A DNA stretch of 64,000 nt, from positions 25,790 through 89,789 of IMG/VR virus record IMGVR_UViG_3300027486_000276; one strand, 5' to 3'. The notes beneath the pieces were generated by a model. That model did no database searches, was not told the origin of the DNA, and worked only from the letters and a program-made list of their open reading frames with translations. Of the stretch, positions 57,338 through 64,000 are shown one piece after another (within the stretch, counting starts at the first letter, position 1; the number at the start of each line of letters is the position of its first letter). A program made the position numbers and the translations under genes. The DNA is from a virus (lineage: Duplodnaviria > Caudoviricetes).

Positions 57338-58277
57338 TGTTGATAATACTTTTTTCTGAGTTTACTTTATATGTTCTCCTAACTGCTTGAGAATCAAAGT
57401 CTTGTAGGTATGGAACCAAAGAGTATCCTTTGTTCTGCAAAATTTTGCCAGCTAATCTAGAAATATAATTAAAGTCAAAAGACAGCGGGAAAGTTAGTTC
57501 TGGGAAAATAAGCCACCTTATGTAATGACTTGGCAATACTTGATGAGCAGACTGAGACTGCTTTGAGAATGTAATGACTGGAACGGAGCATCCGTAAGCA
57601 ACGTATCTAAATCCGCTATCAGTGCCAATAAAAAGTTTTGCATTATAAATAATGTCACAAACTTCTTTAATTGGTTTATTTACTATTTCTATCTGAGGGT
57701 CAGAGTTAAAAAGATCGTAGTTATTATTTATTTCAGGAGTAGAGATAATAATTATTTTCTTATTTAACTCTTTTAGCTTACTGATGAGACTTGAAATATA
57801 CCATTTAGACATCATATGTTCTTTAGATGTCGTTGAAACAAGATGGCAAACTATATAATCTCCAGAATCATTAACTGGCTTAATGTCTGGACTTGGAAAA
57901 AATCTAAAGTACTTGTACCAATCAAAGTCATAATTGATCCAATTCAAAGAATCAATATGCCCATCGTACCATAGATCATGAGCTTCAATTTCCTGTTTTA
58001 TATCATCAGGAACATTTTCAATAAAGCCAATTTGATTTTCTGTTCCAAACTGAGAATCAATAAAAAATGGCTTATATTTCTTTCTGGGGATTACCTTAAT
58101 TTCCTTATAGAATGAAGGATATAAATATTCAACAACTTCTTTTTGGAAAGTTTTTCCTTCGCTGTCTATATAAAGAGATATTTCCGAATTAGGATACTTC
58201 TCTTTAATGGCTGGGACAAATCTATTGAATAATAAAACGTCCCCTAAACCACCTTCTGCACGAATTGCTATTCTCAT
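57327..58277 (-). CDS. GT9-like glycosyltransferase
   Basis: EGGLGDVLL...AIKEKYPNSEI, PIKEVCDIIYNAKLFIGTDSGFRYVAYG..VPVI. Confidence 0.82.
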   Translation of the reverse strand: MRIAIRAEGGLGDVLLFNRFVPAIKEKYPNSEISLYIDSEGKTFQKEVVEYLYPSFYKEIKVIPRKKYKPFFIDSQFGTENQIGFIENVPDDIKQEIEAHDLWYDGHIDSLNWINYDFDWYKYFRFFPSPDIKPVNDSGDYIVCHLVSTTSKEHMMSKWYISSLISKLKELNKKIIIISTPEINNNYDLFNSDPQIEIVNKPIKEVCDIIYNAKLFIGTDSGFRYVAYGCSVPVITFSKQSQSAHQVLPSHYIRWLIFPELTFPLSFDFNYISRLAGKILQNKGYSLVPYLQDFDSQAVRRTYKVNSEKSIINNDH

Positions 58278-58287
58278 TCATTAAACG

Positions 58288-58569
58288 CTACTTTGAGCGT
58301 TCAATGATATTATCTAACTTTGCTTCTATTTTATCAAATCTAGCGTTAATATGTTCTGAGAATTTATTGAGATCTTCTTTGTTAACGTATTCTTTTGGAA
58401 GAGATATTTCAATAGTGTGAAGTTTATTTGAAAGTTCTTCTGTCTTCTGCTCTTGTTTGTCAATTAAATGGAAAGTCCTTTTAAAAATCCAGCCAGCCAG
58501 AAAACCGGCGATCATGAAAGCAATATTAAATAAAGTTTGCCAATCGATGGATGCTGCTGGTGTATTCAT
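58288..58569 (-). CDS. Small membrane protein (one TM + coiled coil; holin/XhlA-like?)
   Basis: WQTLFNIAFMIAGFLAGWIF hydrophobic helix followed by heptad-rich region. Confidence 0.45.
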   Translation of the reverse strand: MNTPAASIDWQTLFNIAFMIAGFLAGWIFKRTFHLIDKQEQKTEELSNKLHTIEISLPKEYVNKEDLNKFSEHINARFDKIEAKLDNIIERSK

Positions 58570-58654
58570 ATTTTTACTTATTTAAAGCCCACATGATGTG
58601 CATATAGTATTCTACACTCTGTAAAATACTATAGCACAAAAAAGTCTAAAAATT

Positions 58655-60622
58655 TTATAGACTTACTGGCTCACATTTTCCGCCAGCGCAAGCAGCTTCC
58701 TGAGTATGACTAGTCTCATCCTCGTCTTCAATAAGCTTAGTAAAGTCAACCTTTGACCACTCTTCTTGAAGTTTATTAAATTTAACTTCGTCTTCAGGTG
58801 TTACAATTGCTTCCATTGGGGCCTGTTGATAGATCTTGTCTCCAGAATAAGGAAGCAAAGAAACAGCAGTAAAGTACTCTTGATTGTTATAGAGATACTC
58901 TGTAACGGTCTTCCACTCGTCATCTTTAACAATAACGGTGCAGCTAACTGAATGATTTAGAGGCTTCTTGTTTGAAGCAGTTGTGCCACAATTTACCCAG
59001 TTAGTTTGTGTCAATTTGATAAGCTCCAAATGCTCAATTGCATTTAGTTCAGATTTAATCTTGACATTCTCACCTACTTCAATAGGGAATGTAATAACGT
59101 CATCAACCTTATTTGCGCTCCAAACGCTCTCTTCGCAAGCGTGTTCATTGAACATCTTAAAGAACTTGTAGACATTATCTTCCTTGTTGACCTGAATACG
59201 GCGGAAGTACTTACGAGCGTGATGGGGATGAATTCCAGAAGCGGCAGACAATACAATAGAATTAGTTCCTTCTGGCTTGATACAAGTGACTCTAGAGGCT
59301 TGATTAATTCCTATCTTCTTAGCCCATTCGATATTAGTATTTACTGAAACTTTCGCAGCTTCTCTTTGATACTCTGGATTAAAAAGAATGTCTGGATTAT
59401 CCATCATTCCAGTAATAGAGACTCCAAGCAAAGCCTCCTCTTCAGTCAACTCTTCAGAAGTGTGACCAAGATAAGGGAATGTCGTATAGGCAGCTTGCAG
59501 CGTACCGATCAAAGAAGCAGCCCAAGAAGCATTTTTAAAATCTTCTAGAGACTCAACTTTAGCTCCATTAATAGAAGTAAGGTTACAGAATTGGAATCCG
59601 CAACGCCCATCTTTAGTAATAGGAATAAAAGAAATCTCAAAGCAAGGATTCAAAAGCTGATTCTCATCAACAACATATAGGAATCCCGGCTCACCAAACT
59701 CTTTAGTCTTATTAATTAAGGTCTCAAACTCCTCGTAAGAAGTCTTACCACGAATAATAATTGCTGAATTGTTTGATCTAGCTCTCTGAGGATTGTCAAG
59801 GAACCAATTTCCAGTCTTGGCGTTCATCATGTCCTTGTCTTGAGCGTCAAAGATAACACTGCAAGCAGAACGGCGAATGCCACCTGACAACACTGCATCG
59901 GCGCAATGCATCAAAATATCATAAGCATTAACGGTCTTAAGGCGAGTTTGATTGCTGTCTTCAATGATGGTATCAAGCAAGAGCTTAACCTTGAAATGGC
60001 AGTTCTTAAGCCCCTTGTAACCGGGAGCCTTGCCACCACCAGTCTTAAGCTTCGCACCCTTTGGGCGAATTTTGCTATAATCAAATACGATCTTACGTCC
60101 AGAGTAAGCAGTATTCTTAAAATAACAATTCAACAAAGCCTCAATTGAGTCACCCCATCCTTCAATGCTATCATTAACTGTATAGGTAATTACCGTTCCC
60201 GTCTTATCTTTAGCGTTAACGAGATCAGGTAAGCGATTGAGGAACTTATCAGTGATACCAAATCCAACGCCAGTACCACAAAGCAAAGTATAAAAAGATT
60301 CAGCAAAAGAACGAATAGAGTCAATATGACGTACAGCACAATTAAAGATTCTTCCATTATGTGCTTCAACCGCTTTACCGCCGAATTGCATGCTCCGCAT
60401 TGAAGGAGTAACTTTCCTTTCTCTAACCAAGTCGAAAGCTTTTGAGATTTCATATTTGTCTTCTTTTGGTAGGTGCTTGAATTTCTTCAAGTGCATGGTC
60501 TCGACTCTTGTAACAGTCTCGTCCCATGTTTCTCTACGCTTCTTCTTTTCATCATATTTTGCGTATTTTGTTACGAACGTAAAGTTCGCCATTTCATCTA
60601 GGAAGTTAATAGCCTTGCTCAT
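58655..60622 (-). CDS. nrdJ: Class II (B12-dependent) ribonucleotide reductase, monomeric RTPR-type
   Basis: TPSMRSM, IFNCA, LLCGTGVGF, GGIRRSA, NPCFEI, FCNL, TCIKPEGT, C-terminal ACAGGKCE; no small subunit gene nearby. Confidence 0.93.
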   Translation of the reverse strand: MSKAINFLDEMANFTFVTKYAKYDEKKKRRETWDETVTRVETMHLKKFKHLPKEDKYEISKAFDLVRERKVTPSMRSMQFGGKAVEAHNGRIFNCAVRHIDSIRSFAESFYTLLCGTGVGFGITDKFLNRLPDLVNAKDKTGTVITYTVNDSIEGWGDSIEALLNCYFKNTAYSGRKIVFDYSKIRPKGAKLKTGGGKAPGYKGLKNCHFKVKLLLDTIIEDSNQTRLKTVNAYDILMHCADAVLSGGIRRSACSVIFDAQDKDMMNAKTGNWFLDNPQRARSNNSAIIIRGKTSYEEFETLINKTKEFGEPGFLYVVDENQLLNPCFEISFIPITKDGRCGFQFCNLTSINGAKVESLEDFKNASWAASLIGTLQAAYTTFPYLGHTSEELTEEEALLGVSITGMMDNPDILFNPEYQREAAKVSVNTNIEWAKKIGINQASRVTCIKPEGTNSIVLSAASGIHPHHARKYFRRIQVNKEDNVYKFFKMFNEHACEESVWSANKVDDVITFPIEVGENVKIKSELNAIEHLELIKLTQTNWVNCGTTASNKKPLNHSVSCTVIVKDDEWKTVTEYLYNNQEYFTAVSLLPYSGDKIYQQAPMEAIVTPEDEVKFNKLQEEWSKVDFTKLIEDEDETSHTQEAACAGGKCEPVSL

Positions 60623-60636
60623 ATAGGGATAATAAA

Positions 60637-60642
60637 TTACAC
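60637..60642 (-). promoter_or_regulatory. GTGTAA motif upstream of nrdJ (same motif at 39600-39605; variant GTGTAG at 58612-58617)
   Basis: - strand GTGTAATTTATTATCCCTAT-ATG; GTGTAATATAAGCT-GTG at 39605; GTGTAGAATACT upstream of 58569. Confidence 0.45.
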
Positions 60643-60672
60643 CGAAGAAAAACCGTTTTGAGAAATCAAAAA

Positions 60673-61017
60673 TTAAAGAACTACTTTGTTCGTATGCTTT
60701 GCGCCACGACGTTTTTTAGAGTAGTCTTTTTCTGCCTTCTCTTTAATGGGGTCTACTCCTCTTTCTTTTTCTCTTTTTTCAGAAAGCTCTTTAGAAGAAT
60801 CCCACATTTCACCAAGATTATAATTCTTTCTCTTAGTTTTTTCAACAAAATCTCGCTCAGAGTTCGCATCTATCTCTGTATCTACACTTACATTAGGAGA
60901 GATGAAAATCCTTTGCCATTTCACTCCGTCCTCAGAATACACTTTCTCTGCATCAATTGAAAGAAAAACTTCTTTGTATTCTTTATTCTTAGGATTTTGA
61001 AAAATGTAAACTGGCAT
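60673..61017 (-). CDS. FmdB-like regulatory protein (Cys-less ribbon)
   Basis: MPVYIFQ.....EYKEVF...KWQRIFISP matches the FmdB MPxYxY...RxxS pattern but Cys absent. Confidence 0.55.
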   Translation of the reverse strand: MPVYIFQNPKNKEYKEVFLSIDAEKVYSEDGVKWQRIFISPNVSVDTEIDANSERDFVEKTKRKNYNLGEMWDSSKELSEKREKERGVDPIKEKAEKDYSKKRRGAKHTNKVVL

Positions 61018-61018
61018 A

Positions 61019-62098
61019 TTAGAAAAGAGAAAGAATTTGTTCTGTCGTTTTTCTGACGGTGAACTGGTCTTGAAGCTTCAAGCCTTCTTGATTTATTTTG
61101 TTCTGCTTGACTCTTGCGATTGCTTTTTCGCAGCCTTCAATAAATTGATCTTCTGACCATTCAAAGATATTTCCTTGATTAAATTCCTGACCTTGATGAA
61201 AAAACATTCCATCATAAGCAGGAGTTTTCCCACAAGGATTTACTAAAACAGAGTTCTTCTCATTTGCCCAAGCAGAGTAAGCATGAGCATTAACAATCAC
61301 AGAGTGCTTGCCGATTGCAACCGATTGAAATTCTGGCAATGCCCAACCTTCGCCACCTGAAGCCCCAAGAATAATATCTGCTGAATTTAGAAATTCATTA
61401 TAAAGATTAACTTGAGCCATATGCCCAAAGAAGCTGACGTTGAAGAACTTCTTTCCTTCAACCGCCATGTTAATCAATTTAGTATTATCTTCTTGAGATA
61501 GAAAATTGTTATAAAGAGCGCACTGCAAGGAATAATTATTATTATTAGCGTACTTATTGATCCATGCGCGAATAGCTTTTACATGGTGTTTACGCTTTTC
61601 AAACTTGCCACAGAGATTAAAAGTAATTCTGCCGTCATTAAAGTAAGTCTTGTTTGTGGCTTTGAAATTCTTTGAATCAAAGAACAGGGGCAAATAACTT
61701 ACATTACTTACCCCATGTTCATTGAATACCTTCGCTGAGTAAGGGGAAGAGACTAATACCTTATCGTTATTCTTTAAGATATTAACCTCAGTCTGAGTGA
61801 GGGCATCAAGTTCATGGAAAGTAAGTAAAAACTGCCGATCACTATAAGACTCAAGTGAGCCATTAATGTGCCACAGTTTAAAAACTGGATCTTTTCTTGA
61901 ATGAGATCGAAGACCTTTCTTCAAACAAGAATTAAACCAATTCTTAAAATCTTCCGTAGTCTCTTCCTGACCGAAATCAGGATTGCCAATCATAAACAGA
62001 GATGGCTCCAACTTCAAAGAATAAATCTCTTTGAGAAGCTGAATTGAGACCTGACCAAAACTGGTCGTATTAATCGGAAGATGCAGGGCAAATTTCAT
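61019..62098 (-). CDS. GT4 glycosyltransferase
   Basis: TTSFGQVS, FNLCGKFEKRKHH, SADIILGASGGEGWALPEFQSVAIGK. Confidence 0.87.
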   Translation of the reverse strand: MKFALHLPINTTSFGQVSIQLLKEIYSLKLEPSLFMIGNPDFGQEETTEDFKNWFNSCLKKGLRSHSRKDPVFKLWHINGSLESYSDRQFLLTFHELDALTQTEVNILKNNDKVLVSSPYSAKVFNEHGVSNVSYLPLFFDSKNFKATNKTYFNDGRITFNLCGKFEKRKHHVKAIRAWINKYANNNNYSLQCALYNNFLSQEDNTKLINMAVEGKKFFNVSFFGHMAQVNLYNEFLNSADIILGASGGEGWALPEFQSVAIGKHSVIVNAHAYSAWANEKNSVLVNPCGKTPAYDGMFFHQGQEFNQGNIFEWSEDQFIEGCEKAIARVKQNKINQEGLKLQDQFTVRKTTEQILSLF

Positions 62099-62099
62099 G

Positions 62100-62453
62100 T
62101 TAGATCAAATCATCGTCTGAATTGACTTGACTGACAGCCGCCTTCGCTGGCTTTGCGGTAGGCTTTGGTGATGCTAGACGGGTCGTGCTGTTGCTTGTTG
62201 GAACTGAAGTTCCGGTCAAGGTCTCGTACTGAGCCTTTTCCATGAAGATCTGAAAATCGGGAGACCCATCATTCTTCTTCTTGTTATTTGGGAACACAAT
62301 GATCTTAACTTCATCAAAGTTATCCTTGATGTCCTTAAGTCGAAACTTACCAGTTAGATACTCAGAACCACTAGAGCCTTTGCGGCTCCAAAGTGCGCCA
62401 AGTTCGCGTCGAATTGAATTACTGTCAGTATTGTTAGTATTAGGAGTAGGCAT
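62100..62453 (-). CDS. DUF736-like ssDNA-binding protein
   Basis: ELGALWSRKG..GSEYLTGK, IIVFPN.KK...SPDFQI; low-complexity tail ending SDDDLI. Confidence 0.65.
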   Translation of the reverse strand: MPTPNTNNTDSNSIRRELGALWSRKGSSGSEYLTGKFRLKDIKDNFDEVKIIVFPNNKKKNDGSPDFQIFMEKAQYETLTGTSVPTSNSTTRLASPKPTAKPAKAAVSQVNSDDDLI

Positions 62454-62468
62454 AAGATATGCAAATAA

Positions 62469-62497
62469 ATACTACCTGCACCAACAAAAAAAGTAAA
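62469..62497 (-). promoter_or_regulatory. Sigma70-like promoter for DUF736-like gene
   Basis: TTTACT (62497-62492) -17 nt- TAGTAT (62474-62469). Confidence 0.6.
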
Positions 62498-62503
62498 GAG
62501 TTT

Positions 62504-63091
62504 TTACACGAAATCTTGCATTTCTTTACTCTCTATTTTTGTTTTCAAGAACTCAAGGGCTTTTTTGTGTAAAGTGATTGCCGTCTGGTAAGTTACGCCT
62601 AGTTCTTTTGAAATATTCTTCCACTTACGAGAAGGTTTGTCTCCATAGTATCTCAACATAATAATCTTCTCCAGTCGTTTATCTTTCATTTGAGAAAGGA
62701 GATTAAATATATATTCCTTCTTCTCTTCAAAATCATTTGAGTCTTGACTGAGATTTGCTACAAGATTCTTTTGATTTTCATCGTCTATAGAAAGAGTCCA
62801 CTTGTGTTTAGTAATGTTTGTTAAGCATTTGTATTTAACATGGTTGGCAAGCCAAGTTGAGAATTTGCTATTTTGAGTTTCGTCAAAGTTAAGAGTACAT
62901 TTGTAAATTATGTAATCTTTTTCATTCGCAAGATCTTCTGGGCTTACGCCTCTTTCTTGAAGAATCTTATTATATTTTTTAAAGATATCAAAACAGAGAG
63001 GAGAGTGCCTGTCTATCAGAGTCTTTAATGATTGGTTGCATTGATGAAGTTTTACCTTCGCTACAAGTTCGTTATCAGTTGAGTCTATCAT
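62504..63091 (-). CDS. Phage sigma70-family RNA polymerase sigma factor
   Basis: Region 2 LKTLIDRH.PL...FDETQNSKFSTWLANHV; region 4 HTH IIMLRY...WKNISKELGVTYQTAITLHKKAL. Confidence 0.87.
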   Translation of the reverse strand: MIDSTDNELVAKVKLHQCNQSLKTLIDRHSPLCFDIFKKYNKILQERGVSPEDLANEKDYIIYKCTLNFDETQNSKFSTWLANHVKYKCLTNITKHKWTLSIDDENQKNLVANLSQDSNDFEEKKEYIFNLLSQMKDKRLEKIIMLRYYGDKPSRKWKNISKELGVTYQTAITLHKKALEFLKTKIESKEMQDFV

Positions 63092-63707
63092 GTGTGTAAA
63101 GCTTACCTTGTTTTATCAAGTTGTCAATACTTTTTTTGACGGAAATTTTTAAAATCTCTTCGTCAGATCCGTGCATCCAACGAAGCAGATAATCGCAATG
63201 TTCTCTAAGAGCGGGATCATTTCTGCTTTCGTCAGCGTTCGCAGGATTGCAAATTGAACCGTCTGAAAAATATTTTTCAACATAAATTAAAACTCCTTTA
63301 TTTTCTTCCTTTAGCCAGACAACTTCGTCTTTTAAATATTCGAAGTGTCTAATATCTGTTACACAAAAAATATCTGAAGGTTTAAAATTTTCAGATTTCT
63401 TATAGTCTTCAATTTCAGACTGAAGCTTATCTATCCAATATCTTCCTTTAGTATTTTGACGCATTACTCTAGCGTGACTTACTAACAGATGTCTTACTTT
63501 ATTCTTATCTTCAGTAGAACAATTAAAAATGTCAACTCCGTATTTATATAAGATCAAAGAATATAAATCATTCTTTAATGAATCAGCCAGAGCAAATCTT
63601 ATTACATTAACTCCAAACTCTTCTGAGCAAATCTGTTTTAGTAATCTATAGTAAGTATCCTTACCTACAGTTGCAGCACCAGCAATTCCTAGGAATAAGT
63701 TAGACAT
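63075..63707 (-). CDS. Deoxynucleoside monophosphate kinase (T4 gp1-like)
   Basis: GIAGAATVGKDT P-loop, RFALADSLK, RYWIDKL, VTDIRH..E. Confidence 0.85.
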   Translation of the reverse strand: MSNLFLGIAGAATVGKDTYYRLLKQICSEEFGVNVIRFALADSLKNDLYSLILYKYGVDIFNCSTEDKNKVRHLLVSHARVMRQNTKGRYWIDKLQSEIEDYKKSENFKPSDIFCVTDIRHFEYLKDEVVWLKEENKGVLIYVEKYFSDGSICNPANADESRNDPALREHCDYLLRWMHGSDEEILKISVKKSIDNLIKQGKLYTHDRLN

Positions 63708-63715
63708 AATAAAAC

Positions 63716-63744
63716 ATAGTATCTAGAAGAAATGTGTTTGTAAA
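63716..63744 (-). promoter_or_regulatory. Sigma70-like promoter for dNMP kinase/sigma operon
   Basis: TTTACA (63744-63739) -17 nt- TACTAT (63721-63716), 8 nt upstream of ATG. Confidence 0.7.
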
Positions 63745-63746
63745 GA

Positions 63747-63972
63747 GAACTGCCAGCTTTATGATTTTTCTTTGAGTTAAAATAGGAAAAGGCTGTCATC
63801 TCTAAAAATAATTATAGAGTTTTAAAATAATCAAGAGTTACCCATTTCAATCCTTCGCAACCTGTTTCTCAGGCTTTCGGCCCTCTCAAGAGAGCCTAGC
63901 TAATGACTAACTCTTTGTTTAAGTTCTTTGTCTTCACGGGTGGGATTTCTCTTAGGACGAACTGCCAGCTTT
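63747..63972. repeat. 14-bp direct repeat GAACTGCCAGCTTT flanking a hairpin-rich segment
   Basis: Exact copies at 63747-63760 and 63959-63972, both followed by a T-rich ..tttc(t)tttgag tail. Confidence 0.8.
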
Positions 63973-64000
63973 TTCTTTTGAGAAAAATGAGGTTTCAGCT

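Noticed and set aside
41528-58277. Host O-antigen locus or bacterial contig chimera
   Set aside because: Seamless overlap with phage genes on both sides, same strand and start-context style; lacks wzx/wzy/waaL/wbaP.
62504-62509. GTGTAA at the end of the sigma gene as a promoter motif
   Set aside because: It is simply the Val-stop codons (GTG TAA), and the downstream gene already has a sigma70-like promoter.
63861-63900. Hammerhead ribozyme (CGAAA / CTGAG motifs on - strand)
   Set aside because: Core CUGANGA is absent and stem order does not fit; kept only as a generic structured element.
1-64000. Stop-codon reassignment (alternative genetic code)
   Set aside because: Standard-code ORFs tile the window almost completely with intact long genes ending in TAA/TGA/TAG.
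1-64000. tRNA, rRNA, CRISPR array, integrase/transposase, DGR reverse transcriptase
   Set aside because: Almost no intergenic space; no cloverleaf/TTCGA arm, no regularly spaced repeats, no such protein motifs recognised.

Overview
The window is a gene-dense, AT-rich segment of a large tailed-phage (jumbo-type) genome with no bacterial housekeeping context. (1) 1-27.6 kb is virion morphogenesis. It holds a 5'-truncated giant tape-measure protein (+) and an inverted lambda-like tail-tip block on the - strand (gpM, gpL, two gpK, gpI, a 2461-aa gpJ and two accessory proteins). A divergent + block follows, with three tail-tube-fold paralogues and an 1835-aa IPT/LamG adhesin-like protein. (2) 27.6-41.5 kb (-) is a bacterial-type replication/recombination module: Rad52-like annealase, Whirly-like SSB candidate, Pol III split into PHP / DnaQ / DnaE-core genes, Cas4-like nuclease, DnaG, DnaB, Vsr-like nuclease and RecA, with two glycosyltransferase genes embedded. 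(3) 41.5-58.3 kb (-) is a 17-gene glycan-biosynthesis island: Gmd, ColD-like and RfbH-like 3-dehydrases, RmlC, an SDR, a split transketolase, methyltransferases and many GT9/GT2/GT4/GT8/GT17-like enzymes. (4) 58.3-64 kb (-) carries class II RNR, another GT4, a DUF736-like SSB, a sigma factor, a dNMP kinase and a final intergenic region with repeats and hairpins. The best candidates for undescribed biology are the phage-encoded (possibly branched, methylated) 3,6-dideoxysugar glycosylation system, a split GT4-ZnR-DUF4214-GT9 enzyme pair, and cassette-like GNAT modules in the tape measure. All family calls come from motif recognition by eye; no searches were run.
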